Source of the DNA: Cenarchaeum sp.
GTDB lineage: Archaea > Thermoproteota > Nitrososphaeria > Nitrososphaerales > Nitrosopumilaceae
Assembly: GCA_965212015.1 (NCBI GenBank)
Contig: OZ243037.1
Coordinates: forward strand, 768,001 to 832,000
Direction: 5' to 3'
DNA: 64,000 bases
Shown here: one piece after another, positions 1-10,171 of the stretch
Numbering within the stretch: position 1 is the stretch's first letter
Layout: each line of letters begins with the position of its first letter
Notes under the pieces: generated by a model
Database searches by the model: none
What the model was told of the DNA's origin: nothing
What the model saw: the letters and a program-made list of their open reading frames with translations, nothing else
Position numbers and translations under genes: made by a program

Positions 1-395
1 ATCTTTGCAAGCCTTACCTTTTCCTTTGCGCGCGACATCTCGTACCTCATTTGTGCCAGCTTTACCTGCAGCTTGGACTCGGAGCTAGAGGCCCTGCTCT
101 CAAAGATCTCCAAGATCAGCGCCTCCCTGTCAAGGATGTTTCTGTGGAGTCGGGATGCCAGGTTATAGTTCTGGCTGGGCTTGAGTATCTCGTCGTATAC
201 AATGACGTCCGGGTCTGAGGCATCTGCGATCTTTTCAAGGCGGTCAAGCACCTGATCGCCTATGCCGTACTTTGGCCTGTTTAGGAACCGCTGCTCCATG
301 GTATGCACCACGCGATAGCCGGCTGACCGGCATAGATCGCCTGCCTCGCGGATTGCGTCGTCCCTGTTAGACGTTATCAGGATCGCAGTCTTCAT
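1..395 (-). CDS. hflX: GTPase HflX, N-terminal part (runs off the window edge)
   Basis: Manual translation [27 protein letters not shown]...[12 protein letters not shown]...[31 protein letters not shown] matches the HflX N-terminal domain. Confidence 0.9.
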   Translation of the reverse strand, partial: MKTAILITSNRDDAIREAGDLCRSAGYRVVHTMEQRFLNRPKYGIGDQVLDRLEKIADASDPDVIVYDEILKPSQNYNLASRLHRNILDREALILEIFESRASSSESKLQVKLAQMRYEMSRAKEKVRLAK

Positions 396-430
396 CGGCA
401 TCTCTCAGTATCCGCCGGATTAAAAATGAT

Positions 431-1474
431 CTAGTCTTTCTTTAGCACCTTTTCGATGTTTATATTGAGCACTATCTCGGCTATGTCGCTTGCATATTCT
501 GCTATCCTGCGTATGTTCTCAGTCATCCTCCTAATCCTGTATATTTCCTGGTGATCCCGCAGGTGCCTGGTCGAGTCCAGGACGGTTTTTTCATACCTTA
601 CAATCCCGGCTGCGTCATTGATGGTTTTTTCTGCCTGGGCATAGTTTTCCTTGAACAGTGCAAGGCACGCCTCGTCGAGCACGCATATTGCAAACTCGCT
701 CATGTCCCGGATTTTTTCCAGCACCTCCTTTTTGATGCCCTTTTTGAATTCCAGCAGATCGTGCGCGATTAGCGCCGCGTGATCGCCTGTCCTCTCTATG
801 TTTTTGACCACCAGCCGGTATCCCAGACAGTTTCTGGCGTTTGCAAAGCCCATCTCCTTGAGCATGTGCTCGTGCTGGATTGCGATTTTTAGCTGGCGGA
901 TTATGTAAAAGCCGAACCTGTCCACCTCGTCGTCCGTGTTTATCACCTCCTGTGCAAGATCAAGGTTCCCCTCCCTTACTGCCAGGATGGCATCAGAGAG
1001 CATGGATTTTGCCAGATGAATCATCCGCTTGAATGCCCCGTCCACTGTCAGCTCCAACAGGTTGACTAGGACCTGTATGGTTATCCCCTTGCTGGAATCG
1101 GCAATTATTTCAGAGCCCATCAGCATCCGCTTGACTGCCCCCTTTACTGCCGTTCTCTGGCCGGGACTCAGCCTGGTATTTTTGGAATTCACGTGTATCG
1201 TCTTGAAGCCGAGAAAATACAGCGAGATTAGCTTTCTTATTATCGACGACGTCTCCTCACTGGTACCGATCTCGATCGTGGCGTCATCTGTCTGTATTAT
1301 GCTGGTTTGAAATCCGACGGCGTGGATTTGCAGCGCAGACGAGTTTTGGCGGGTCATCCTCACCTGATCGCCCTGTTTTAGCCCCAAATCCATTACCCAT
1401 CGCTTTGGTAATGAAACTATATAGGAGGATTTTCCGGTAAACTGAATTTTTCGTATTTCGCCATTTTCATCCAT
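431..1474 (-). CDS. AbrB-domain/PhoU-family phosphate uptake regulator
   Basis: N-terminal RKIQFTGKSSYIVSLPKRW (AbrB-like) plus PhoU repeats (DDEVDRF, IERTGDHA, RRIAEY). Confidence 0.9.
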   Translation of the reverse strand: MDENGEIRKIQFTGKSSYIVSLPKRWVMDLGLKQGDQVRMTRQNSSALQIHAVGFQTSIIQTDDATIEIGTSEETSSIIRKLISLYFLGFKTIHVNSKNTRLSPGQRTAVKGAVKRMLMGSEIIADSSKGITIQVLVNLLELTVDGAFKRMIHLAKSMLSDAILAVREGNLDLAQEVINTDDEVDRFGFYIIRQLKIAIQHEHMLKEMGFANARNCLGYRLVVKNIERTGDHAALIAHDLLEFKKGIKKEVLEKIRDMSEFAICVLDEACLALFKENYAQAEKTINDAAGIVRYEKTVLDSTRHLRDHQEIYRIRRMTENIRRIAEYASDIAEIVLNINIEKVLKKD

Positions 1475-1607
1475 AATATATAGAAATCAGGTTTAGTTAT
1501 ATAGTTTAACGGTATCAACATAGGCAATTCGTCGGATTTCACGCCTGTGGATTCGGGCATCCGGATCCGGCACTGGACTAATATTGAGACCAAGGCCCGT
1601 GCAGTGC

Positions 1608-2072
1608 ATGGATAATTATCTAAAGCTGCGCCACACGCTAGATGCCCTGTTTGGGGCAAGGACGTCTGCCAATCTGCCAAAAAAGGTAGAGTTTGTCCTC
1701 TCAAAAAAAAACGGGCGGATTAAAAACGTCCATTACGGCAAAAAGCTGCTGTGCACCCTCAGGATAGACGGGGGCCTGGCAATCACGCCCTATTTTGCCC
1801 AGATGCTGCTGAAAGGCAAAAGTTTCAGGCACAACTGTCTGGAAGTCGACGCCGAATCCAGGCCGTTTGTGGAGGACGGAAGATCGGTCTTTTGCTCCCA
1901 CGTGCTGTGGTGCGGCAAGAACGTCAGGATAGCATCAGACGTGCCGGTCCTCTTCAAGGACAGGGTGATTGCGGTGGGAAAGGCGGTGCTCCCCTCAGAG
2001 ATGATAATGCAGATGAGGCGCGGAGTCGCAGTCAAGGTCAGGGATTCCGTAAGGCCATCTGCCCGGATGTGA
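1608..2072 (+). CDS. PUA-domain RNA-binding protein (archaeosine TGT C-terminal-like)
   Basis: GRSVFCSHV...VIAVGKAVL...GVAVKVR PUA motif; start taken at the ATG of MDNY. Confidence 0.8.
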   Translation: MDNYLKLRHTLDALFGARTSANLPKKVEFVLSKKNGRIKNVHYGKKLLCTLRIDGGLAITPYFAQMLLKGKSFRHNCLEVDAESRPFVEDGRSVFCSHVLWCGKNVRIASDVPVLFKDRVIAVGKAVLPSEMIMQMRRGVAVKVRDSVRPSARM

Positions 2073-2122
2073 CGCGCCGCATACCGTAATGGAGATTTGC
2101 CGGCATCATACAAGTGTTGTAT

Positions 2123-3250
2123 CTAGCGCATCCGTACCACGTCGACGCCGCGCAGCGTCAGCGACTGGATGCTCGATTCCTTGAGGCAGGCCACCCTGTC
2201 CCGTATTATCACGGGATTCAGATCGTCTCTGCACTGTATCTTGTCAGGCGACACTCCGTTGGCAATCTGCTGGCGCGAGGACAGCGACGCATCGGCGGTA
2301 CTGCCTATGTAGAGCACGACTGTCCCGCGCAGCGTCAGCGAATCATGGCTTGTGCCGGCGCTGACTAGCACGGTGTGCTCGCCGGCAGTCTTTGGAATCC
2401 ACGACAGGGCGGCAGACGCAGTCCTGCCTGGCGGAATGTCCCCAGAGATGGAGCTTTCGCGGGTGTCATTTGAGACTATCAGGTAGACATAGTGCTGTGT
2501 GTGGTCCTCCGTGTTGTGAATGTCAGCCGCTATGTGAACGCGCTGGCCCTGCTCTATCTCAGATACGCCCTCGCCGAATGCGTTTACAATCCTTATGTCC
2601 GACACGTCCAGCGAGTGGGACTGGACAGTTTCCGTTATGTCTATTTTTTTGGCCGCGCCGTGCTCCAGGCAGAACGTCCTGCCCCTTATGTCCACGGGAT
2701 TCAGGCCTTGCTCGCAGCGGGGCTCGTCAGGCGGCGCGACATTATCAACGGGTGGCGGTGCGACATTATCAACTGGTGGCGGTGCGACATCATCAGGCCG
2801 CGAATCTGCCGCATCCACGTCAAGCACCAATGTTGCGCGCAGCGGCGCCGACTTGTAGTCAGACGCATGCTCCGGGCCGACTCGGATCATCACGGTGTGC
2901 TCGCCTGCCGTCTTGGGCACCCATATTATTCCGGCAGTTATCCTCTGGTCCGCCTGAATAGAGCCGGACATATAGTCGCCGTCACCGCCCTCTGGCACCA
3001 GGGCATAGACAAACCTCCGCTCGGAGCTGTCGTTGTTTTTTATGTCCGCCATGATGTATAGCCGCTGGTTTTGCTCTATTTCAGATACCGGCCTCTCAGA
3101 GGCGTCTAGCACCATTATGTTTGAGACGTGCAGCGGGCCGGACTGGGGTTTTTCCGTTATGCTAGTCGCCCCGCCAGAGTCCTGCTGCGCCTGCGCGTCT
3201 GCGCCATACAGGGCAAAAAGTACCGCAATGAAAAACAGCAACACCCTCAT
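2123..3250 (-). CDS. Secreted/surface protein with two Ig-like domains, a Pro-rich linker and thaumarchaeal Cys-containing repeats
   Basis: Signal peptide MRVLLFFIAVLFALYGADA; duplicated ADI.N...YV..WxPKTAGEHTV domain; C-terminal RQQIANGV..IQC...ACLK motif. Confidence 0.7.
   Translation of the reverse strand: MRVLLFFIAVLFALYGADAQAQQDSGGATSITEKPQSGPLHVSNIMVLDASERPVSEIEQNQRLYIMADIKNNDSSERRFVYALVPEGGDGDYMSGSIQADQRITAGIIWVPKTAGEHTVMIRVGPEHASDYKSAPLRATLVLDVDAADSRPDDVAPPPVDNVAPPPVDNVAPPDEPRCEQGLNPVDIRGRTFCLEHGAAKKIDITETVQSHSLDVSDIRIVNAFGEGVSEIEQGQRVHIAADIHNTEDHTQHYVYLIVSNDTRESSISGDIPPGRTASAALSWIPKTAGEHTVLVSAGTSHDSLTLRGTVVLYIGSTADASLSSRQQIANGVSPDKIQCRDDLNPVIIRDRVACLKESSIQSLTLRGVDVVRMR
2730..2795. 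repeat. About 3 copies of a 24-bp tandem repeat encoding D(D/N)VAPPPV
   Basis: gcgg(c/t)gcgacat(t/c)atca recurs at a 24-bp period. Confidence 0.9.
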
Positions 3251-3378
3251 TGGAATTCGGGTGTTTTTATCACATATTAGGAATTCGATCCATTTCTCAG
3301 TGCCGGGCCCTGCCTCCGGCAACCACGCAGCAAGTCCGGATGCGCATCACCGCACCAAGATAGCTTAAAAAGCCGGGA

Positions 3379-3750
3379 ATGGCTCGGGATTGCGAGTGGA
3401 TGCAAATGATGCGCGGTGGAAATCGGAACATGCGAAGAATGATGGACAAGATGGGGCTGGACATGCAAGAGGTCGCCGACGTCAACGAGGTCATCATAAA
3501 GACCAATACAAAGGAGATCATAATATCAAAGCCGCAGGTAACAGAGATGAAGGCAAAGGACAGCTCCATCTTTACTGTAACGTGCGAGGATTACGAGGAA
3601 AAGGAGCTAGAGGTTCCAAAGTTCAAGAGCGGCGACGTGGAGATTGTCTGCATGAAGACCGGCGCAAGCGAGGAGCAGGCAATCAATTCGCTGACTGAGA
3701 CAGACGGGGATCTGGCACGGGCAATCATGCTGCTGCAGCCTACCAGATGA
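3379..3750 (+). CDS. nac: Nascent polypeptide-associated complex protein
   Basis: RRMMDKMGLDMQEV NAC domain and C-terminal UBA-like GDLARAIM; the true start may be a downstream ATG. Confidence 0.9.
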   Translation: MARDCEWMQMMRGGNRNMRRMMDKMGLDMQEVADVNEVIIKTNTKEIIISKPQVTEMKAKDSSIFTVTCEDYEEKELEVPKFKSGDVEIVCMKTGASEEQAINSLTETDGDLARAIMLLQPTR

Positions 3751-3762
3751 ACGAGTCGCGTC

Positions 3763-4422
3763 CTATCCGGTAATCGACAGCGGCAGTACTAGACGCCGGC
3801 GTCCTTGGCGCTGTGATATGTATTTTGCAGACAGCCTGTCGCGCTTTCCCCTCTGGTTGTGGTTTCTAGTCCTCGGGCTGGTCCTGTACTCGTTGACAAA
3901 TTCCAGCTCAAAAGACGAGCAGAACCTCAGGTTAAGCGCGGCCCCGATGTTCCTTGCCGCAGCCATGTTACCGCAGCCGATCTTTACAATCTTTTTCTTC
4001 GCCCCCAGTCCCGCCAGAACAGTTATCATGTGCGAGACCAGCCCGTCCACTGACGAGTGCGTGGTGCTTTCAATCTCCAGCCCGTAATAGAATATCGACA
4101 GGCCGATCCCGCCCCCCGGATCAACGCCGATGACAAGTGCGTCCTGCTCAAGTGCAGGATCCAGCTTTTGCAAGACCAGCCCCCTTATCACGGCGGGATG
4201 CATCTCGCAGGTCTCCTCGTACAGCATTGGCATGCGGGATTTTTCTGGTGCCTCTTTTTTTGTGGTAAATATTATGTCCCCGGAATAATCCGGAATGTCC
4301 CGCGGCAGCAGCGAGTCGAATCTGGCCCCCAGCCTGTCAAGGGAGCGGACAAACCTAAAGTACGGTTTGCCGTATGCGGTTGCAACACCAATTCGAAGAT
4401 TGTCCAGCGCGCCTATGTCCAA
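3763..4422 (-). CDS. Conserved hypothetical protein with an RNase H-like motif (IGVDPG)
   Basis: IGVDPGGGIGLS, VNEYRTS and RDRLSAKYI motifs. Confidence 0.65.
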   Translation of the reverse strand: MDIGALDNLRIGVATAYGKPYFRFVRSLDRLGARFDSLLPRDIPDYSGDIIFTTKKEAPEKSRMPMLYEETCEMHPAVIRGLVLQKLDPALEQDALVIGVDPGGGIGLSIFYYGLEIESTTHSSVDGLVSHMITVLAGLGAKKKIVKIGCGNMAAARNIGAALNLRFCSSFELEFVNEYRTSPRTRNHNQRGKRDRLSAKYISQRQGRRRLVLPLSITG

Positions 4423-4447
4423 ACGGACATGCCGTACGATATTAGGT

Positions 4448-4780
4448 TTATGCCTTTAAAACCGTCGAGACGACGTGCTTTACGGCATCCTCAAAGCTGG
4501 CGTCAATCTGCGAGCGCAGCTTTTGGAGTTGTTTCTCGCTGTCCTGTACGATTGTGGCAGACTCGGACTCGGCCTTTGCCTTTGCATCTCCGATGATCGT
4601 TCCGGCCTCCTTGGTTGCCATCTCGCCGGTCTTGGCCATCAGCGCGTCAATCTCGCCCTGGGCCTTGTCGGCCAGATTTTTTTTCATGTCTGCAATCTTT
4701 GTGTTCAGCGAGTCGAGATCATCTTCCAGCCCAGATAGTGCGGCCATGATCCCCGTAACCCTGGATTCTGCCTTGCCCAT
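4448..4780 (-). CDS. Coiled-coil protein resembling A/V-type ATPase subunit G/H
   Basis: 110-aa helical protein with a pattern of AKAKAESES...EDAVKHVV. Confidence 0.6.
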   Translation of the reverse strand: MGKAESRVTGIMAALSGLEDDLDSLNTKIADMKKNLADKAQGEIDALMAKTGEMATKEAGTIIGDAKAKAESESATIVQDSEKQLQKLRSQIDASFEDAVKHVVSTVLKA

Positions 4781-5018
4781 AATTGCTTGAAATTCAAAAT
4801 TCCAATAATTAAATCATGCCCAGCCAGTCTCGCGCCGCCGGAATTCTCGGATTCACAAGAGCTATAGATATTTATACAGCTTTTTTCGTTTTTCTTAAGA
4901 TCTATCTTTTTTAAAGTGCTAATCATTAAAAAAAATATACATATTTGGGGTCAAAATTATAAAAATTATCGATCTACTCTTATATACTTGTGAATTCTAC
5001 AATAGAATGAGTGATTAA

Positions 5019-5258
5019 ATGACTTGTAAAGGAATTTGCATAAGATACAAGGCACAAAAGCCGGTCGGAACCGGCAGGTATGCCTCCGGACAGAGACGAT
5101 GTCAGATTTGCGAAATCTTCATCAAGTGGGAGGGACTTTGGTGTCCGTGCTGCGGATACAGGCTGAGAACAAAGCCGCGAAACCTAAAGTACAAGGCAAA
5201 GCTCAGAGCAAGGGTGGAGGCCGATTCCAAGGCCGAAGCAATAGCAATAAAAGCATAA
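5019..5258 (+). CDS. Small Cys-rich zinc-binding protein of a conserved thaumarchaeal type
   Basis: CKGIC...CQIC...CPCCGYRLRTKPR; AT-rich promoter region upstream. Confidence 0.8.
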   Translation: MTCKGICIRYKAQKPVGTGRYASGQRRCQICEIFIKWEGLWCPCCGYRLRTKPRNLKYKAKLRARVEADSKAEAIAIKA

Positions 5259-5275
5259 AACCCATTCCAAGATTA

Positions 5276-5614
5276 TTGACTAGCAATCCTTTTTGCCAAA
5301 AGACAGTCAGCGCAGGCGGCCGCTCATTTACAGTAATGGTCCTAAGGTTTGAGAACGGCAGCTTTGTATCGGTTTCAGAGGGGGCAGCAAGGATAGGGTC
5401 CATGGCAGTGTCCCTTGGTTCCGGGCCCGCCCCCGTCACTACTACTGTGATACCCTCAAGGACGGACTCGCTTTTTTTAAGGCTTGCAGCAGAAAGGGTC
5501 AGCTCGATTAGCCGGGGCGTCGCCATAGTGTCAAGTAATGTGCAAGGCGAGCTTGATCCGGACTCCATAAAGGCTCTGATGGGCGGCATTATAGAGATGG
5601 TGAAAAATGTCTGA
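5276..5614 (+). CDS. Hypothetical protein, proteasome assembly chaperone-like
   Basis: 3' half of ORF 5036-5614 (LTSNPFCQKTV...), coupled to the downstream UbiD gene; start uncertain. Confidence 0.5.
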   Translation: MTSNPFCQKTVSAGGRSFTVMVLRFENGSFVSVSEGAARIGSMAVSLGSGPAPVTTTVIPSRTDSLFLRLAAERVSSISRGVAIVSSNVQGELDPDSIKALMGGIIEMVKNV

Positions 5615-6935
5615 TCTCAGGGGCTTTCTTGCGCTGCTAAAAAAGGAGGGCGAGCTTGCGACTGTAAAAAAGCCAGTCTCTGCCAGGTACGAGGTTGCCG
5701 GAGTCACCGCCAAGATGGACGGATCTCGCGCCGTACTCTTTGAGAATGTCAGGGACTCGGAATTTCGCATAGTGTCAAACCTTGTCGGGACGAAAAAAAG
5801 ATTCGGGCTCGCAGCGGGGACGGACCGGGACGGGATACACCGCGGGGTCATAAAGTCCATTGCAGAGGCCAAAAGGCCGGGGACCGTGCGGGCCGGGGAA
5901 TTTCTTGAAAACACGTCAGGTGATCTGTCCTGTTTGCCGGTGGTGACGCACTTTGAAAAAGAGTCCGGGCCGTTTATCACGTCGTCTATAATACACGCAA
6001 AAAACCCAGAGTCCGGAATGCAAAACTCGTCCTTTCACAGGCTGATGCCGATAGACGACGGGCGTTTTTCAGTCAGGATGGTGGAGGGCAGGCACCTCCA
6101 CCGGTGCCACGCAGATGCAAAAAGTCACGGCGAGGATCTCGGCGTGGCAATCACGATAGGGGTCCATCCGGCAGTCTCCATAGCGGGGGCATACCAGGCC
6201 GACTGGGGAAAAGACGAGATGGGCATTGCAAACGCCATGCTCGGCGGCAAGCTCGCCCTTGCAAAATGCCCCATCACCGGCCTGCACGTTCCGTCCCATT
6301 CCGAGATTGTAATGGAGGGAAAAATCCTGAGAGACGAGACGCACGAGGAATGGATGGTCGAGATGCTCCAGACGTACGACCACAAGAGGCACCAGCCGGT
6401 CTTTGAGCTAGAAAGGCTCTATCACAGAAGCGAGCCAATCTTTCATGACGTCCTGGCAGGATACTCCGAACACAGGCTGCTGATGGGAATGCCGATAGAG
6501 TCAAAGCTCAGCGGCGAGCTAAAAAAGGCGTTCCCGCAGACGAGGGGCGTCTCGATGACAGACGGCGGGTGCAACTGGCTGCACGCAGTAGTCCAGATCA
6601 AAAAGGGCGCCCAGGACGAGCCTGGAAAAATCATCAAAAAGACATTCGAGATACACAGATCGCTAAAGCAGGTGACCATAGTAGACGAGGACATTGATCC
6701 CGGATCTGCCAGGCAGGTGGAATACGCCCTTGCCACCAGGTTCCAGGCAGATACGGATCTCGTGGTAATGAGAAACCTGCGCGGATCCAGCCTGGATCCC
6801 TCCAGTGATCAGGAAAACCTCAGCACCGCAAAAACCGGACTGGACGCCACAAAGTCTCACTCCAAGCGGCAGGAGGGCTTTGAGATAGCAAGGATACCGG
6901 GCATGGGCGAGATATCGCTAGAGGACTATCTCTAG
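5607..6935 (+). CDS. UbiD-family prFMN-dependent decarboxylase (candidate anhydromevalonate phosphate decarboxylase)
   Basis: NSSFHR, SEIVMEG, VDEDID, ATRFQAD and GSSLDPS motifs. Confidence 0.9.
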   Translation: MSDLRGFLALLKKEGELATVKKPVSARYEVAGVTAKMDGSRAVLFENVRDSEFRIVSNLVGTKKRFGLAAGTDRDGIHRGVIKSIAEAKRPGTVRAGEFLENTSGDLSCLPVVTHFEKESGPFITSSIIHAKNPESGMQNSSFHRLMPIDDGRFSVRMVEGRHLHRCHADAKSHGEDLGVAITIGVHPAVSIAGAYQADWGKDEMGIANAMLGGKLALAKCPITGLHVPSHSEIVMEGKILRDETHEEWMVEMLQTYDHKRHQPVFELERLYHRSEPIFHDVLAGYSEHRLLMGMPIESKLSGELKKAFPQTRGVSMTDGGCNWLHAVVQIKKGAQDEPGKIIKKTFEIHRSLKQVTIVDEDIDPGSARQVEYALATRFQADTDLVVMRNLRGSSLDPSSDQENLSTAKTGLDATKSHSKRQEGFEIARIPGMGEISLEDYL

Positions 6936-6955
6936 TAGGCCGGTGCCTGCCACAG

Positions 6956-7258
6956 TCACTCTAGCTCGGAAATTGATTTCAGGTTGTCGTGGCACACCTT
7001 GTTGGAGTCAGTCCTGATAGAGTGATCGCCTCCGACTTTGACGAACCTCACCGCATCGCCAATGCTCCAGCTGGCGTTGCCGCCAAAGATGGTACAGTAC
7101 GACGCCCCTTTTTTCAGGTTTGCACTCAGCGTGTCCCTGTCGACTAGCTGCCCGCCCCCGATGTCCCCGCCCGTATCGGCATGCTGCATTACTTTGACCA
7201 GCCTTTTTTTGGAATCATACTTTGCCGCAGAGATCAAATAGTCCGCCCATTTTGCCAT
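6956..7258 (-). CDS. DUF3892-like hypothetical protein
   Basis: WADYLISA..Y...IRTDSN...DNL..I.E pattern. Confidence 0.6.
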   Translation of the reverse strand: MAKWADYLISAAKYDSKKRLVKVMQHADTGGDIGGGQLVDRDTLSANLKKGASYCTIFGGNASWSIGDAVRFVKVGGDHSIRTDSNKVCHDNLKSISELE

Positions 7259-7294
7259 GCGCGCAGTAAAGATGTTTGCAAATATAAATTATAA

Positions 7295-7882
7295 TCACGT
7301 GGCGCCTGATGCATCCTGGCTTATGTAGAATGTCTGCTCTTTTGCAACACTGACAAAGGTGTCAAATGTCAGCGGTTTGTCGAGCATCCTGTTTGGAAAT
7401 TCCGCGCCCACTATCTGGATTTGAAAGTGAAACAGGCCGCCCTGGAAGATTATCGGCCCACTTATCACCGGGTTGCTTTGGCCCTGCGCGTACAGCGCCC
7501 CGTTTATCGGGTGCGGCGTCCCATAGTATACGGTGCACCTCCACTGCACGGATTCGGGGCATCCGGCGATCGGCCGCACCTCCACGTTAAGCATCCCGTT
7601 TTCGGCATAAAAATAATTGTTGGCAAGCAGATCGCCGTGCTTGTAGATTGCCAGCTTGTAAGTCACGTTATCAAAGTTTTTCTGCGTGTCATTGTCAAAG
7701 AAATTCACGGTAAACCTTGCGTCATCAAGGGACTCTGCGGTGAGATCGGCCGGGTGAATCATGGTCGATATCGTGACGTTCCGGTCATCAAGGTTCAGCG
7801 TCACCTCGTCGTATGGCCCCCCGCCGTGCGCAAAGGCCGGCAATACCGCAAAGGCCAGGAAAAGCACCGCTAGCAGGTATAA
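7295..7882 (-). CDS. Secreted protein resembling the N-terminal domain of thaumarchaeal PEFG-CTERM proteins
   Basis: Signal peptide ending in AFAHG; NFFDNDT..NVTY; GPI..GGLFHF.I.I motif. Confidence 0.55.
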   Translation of the reverse strand, partial: LYLLAVLFLAFAVLPAFAHGGGPYDEVTLNLDDRNVTISTMIHPADLTAESLDDARFTVNFFDNDTQKNFDNVTYKLAIYKHGDLLANNYFYAENGMLNVEVRPIAGCPESVQWRCTVYYGTPHPINGALYAQGQSNPVISGPIIFQGGLFHFQIQIVGAEFPNRMLDKPLTFDTFVSVAKEQTFYISQDASGAT

Positions 7883-7934
7883 CATCGCACATCGGTGCCT
7901 CACGAGTTATAATAAATGTATTTTGCGTCCCGGG

Positions 7935-9620
7935 TTACGCCTGACTCTTTCTTTGATCCCGCCACCTGGTGCGCTCGCCCTTTACCCAGAGGAATTTTTT
8001 TTGCAGTGCCGACGTGTACAGCTTTTCCCATTCCGCCCCGACCTCGTCGGTCCACGCCTTAAAGACGCGCGGATCTATATAGTTTCGAAGCGACGTTCCG
8101 AGGTTAAAGTCCTTGGTCTGTTCAGTCAGGGAGATCTGCAGGCTGAGCTTTTCTTTTCTTGTCTCGTGCCTCTGCTTTTGCATTTCAATCTGCTCGTGCA
8201 GCTTTGTGATCCTTTTTTTCTTGTTGTTTTTCTGTACGGGGGTCTTTGGCTTTACGGACTCGGCTTTTTTGAGGCTGTCAAGTGTCTTTTGTGTGGGCGT
8301 GGTCTCGCCTTCAAGAATTTTTAGCCTGTCGCGCTTTTTTTGCAGCGACTGCTCAAATGTCTTTGGGATAGTCCTCTTGTGGTTGCACATGGTGGCTGCC
8401 TGCAAGTTGGCCATCTTTGCGCGGTAGAGCTTTTTGTGGGGGGCCTCTTTGTGTATCTTGTCGTATTTGGACAAGTATTCTGCGACCGTCGCAGTTGCCA
8501 GGTACGTCCTGAATACCTTGGCGGTAAGTCCCTTTACGATTCCCGAATAGTACCGGTTGACGTGCCTTGATGTAATGTCCTCAAATATGTCGTCCTTTGG
8601 TTTTTTCTTTTCTACCAGTCTTTTGAGGTTTGTCCGGAACTGCACGTCGTCGTCCTTTATGACCAGCTTCTCCTGCCACCTCACGCTGTCCTTGCCCAAA
8701 AAGTCAAACTCGATCGTGTCTTTCTTGATTATAATGTGCTCCTTTCTCAGAGTTGTGGCGCCGACCGTATCTGCCTCATCAGCATCCTTTTCGTCACCCA
8801 CCCTCATTGCGGTCCTGTTTATCAGATAGCATACGGTGGCAATCCTGCTTGTCGCGGGATTCCTGCTTTTCATGTCGCGCACTATGCTTCTTTTTACCTT
8901 GTCAATTCCCTTTGCAAGCTTTACTGCCTTTTCGTACTTTGCCTTGTCCCTGTCCTGCTTTAGTCCCGCAGAGTCTGCAAGCCAGACGTATTTTCTTTTT
9001 CGTGTGAGATAGTCAACCCAGCTTGCAAGCCACGTCGATTCCCCGTCGTGTATGATCTTTGCCCAGTTCCCCCCGGGCACCTTGGCATCAGAGCCGAGAT
9101 TCAGCGTAATGTCCCTTTGTGTGACGCGCGGCTTCCACCTGCCCCTGAGCGGGTGCTTCCCGCGTCCGATGAATATCCCCGGGGGTTCGGCCATATAGTT
9201 TCCGACATCCACGTCCTTTCCGTCCATTACCGCGACGCCGTACTGCGCCTTTAGCTTTTCGCGCATCTCCTTTCTGTCCCTTGCCTGCTTTTTTCTTGCC
9301 TCCTTTGACATCATATCCCTTTTGTCTTTTTCCTTGTCGACTAGTTTGTAGGCGACGGAAAAATCAATGTCATTGTATGACAGGTTTTTGAATTTCGGGC
9401 CAAACGTCTTTGCAAAGTCGGCCGTAAAGTTTTTTTGAAACACCCCGTCCTTGGCGTACGGCGTGTCCTTTTTTTTCGCCCACTGATAGACCATCTCCTC
9501 CTGGCCCAGATCGAGGGCAACAGGCCTGCCTTTGATCCTTATCTTTATCCCCTTGGTTTCAAACGCGGCGGGAATCAGTATTCCCCTGTGTTGCAGTGTC
9601 TTCCATTGTATCTTTTTCAT
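7935..9620 (-). CDS. DNA topoisomerase IB (eukaryote-like)
   Basis: EPPGIFIGRGKHPLRG, MRVGDEKD, FDFLGKDS, AKVFRTY, CNHKR and GTSLRNYIDPR (catalytic Tyr). Confidence 0.97.
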   Translation of the reverse strand: MKKIQWKTLQHRGILIPAAFETKGIKIRIKGRPVALDLGQEEMVYQWAKKKDTPYAKDGVFQKNFTADFAKTFGPKFKNLSYNDIDFSVAYKLVDKEKDKRDMMSKEARKKQARDRKEMREKLKAQYGVAVMDGKDVDVGNYMAEPPGIFIGRGKHPLRGRWKPRVTQRDITLNLGSDAKVPGGNWAKIIHDGESTWLASWVDYLTRKRKYVWLADSAGLKQDRDKAKYEKAVKLAKGIDKVKRSIVRDMKSRNPATSRIATVCYLINRTAMRVGDEKDADEADTVGATTLRKEHIIIKKDTIEFDFLGKDSVRWQEKLVIKDDDVQFRTNLKRLVEKKKPKDDIFEDITSRHVNRYYSGIVKGLTAKVFRTYLATATVAEYLSKYDKIHKEAPHKKLYRAKMANLQAATMCNHKRTIPKTFEQSLQKKRDRLKILEGETTPTQKTLDSLKKAESVKPKTPVQKNNKKKRITKLHEQIEMQKQRHETRKEKLSLQISLTEQTKDFNLGTSLRNYIDPRVFKAWTDEVGAEWEKLYTSALQKKFLWVKGERTRWRDQRKSQA

Positions 9621-9880
9621 CTCAAAACAGCAGACTCTGACAAAAACCGCGTTTTACGCGTATATCAATTTAACGTGTGACGGCCCGTGCGGGGCCTGCC
9701 CGGTCACGCCTGACAGCCGCAACAGAGCTCACGCCTACGGGGTGATCGGGGCCGCATTTGCCAGAATGCAGAGTCGCGCGCCCGGCGCAAGTCACGGATC
9801 GAGCCGCAGCAAGACAGTCGGATCACACCGATGCCGTGCAGGACTTGCACAAGGAATTAGTCTGATTTTGACGCGATAGC

Positions 9881-10171
9881 CTATTTATCCAGCATTCCGA
9901 TTGCTTTACCATTAGCAGTACAAATCTCAAAGATTTGTTTTAATGAATGGCCACCTAGCCGCTTTTCCGTTTTTTTCTGACTTGCTTCCATACCGAATAG
10001 TCGGCCGCCAATTCCATCCAACTTTGCATTAACCACACTTATTTTTTTATGTGTTTTATCCAACTTTGAGCAGTTTATCTTGACTTGATTTCGTAGTTCT
10101 TTTACCTCGGTTTTTACGCCTTTAAAATCCGATTGTAAATTCTTTACCCATTTTGGTTTAACCTCACTCAT
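9881..10171 (-). CDS. AT-rich orphan coiled-coil protein
   Basis: 96-aa Lys-rich ORF with a heptad pattern and a TATA-like sequence upstream. Confidence 0.5.
   Translation of the reverse strand: MSEVKPKWVKNLQSDFKGVKTEVKELRNQVKINCSKLDKTHKKISVVNAKLDGIGGRLFGMEASQKKTEKRLGGHSLKQIFEICTANGKAIGMLDK

Noticed and set aside
7935-9620. Eukaryote-like topoisomerase IB as a novelty
   Set aside because: It is an established hallmark of Thaumarchaeota.
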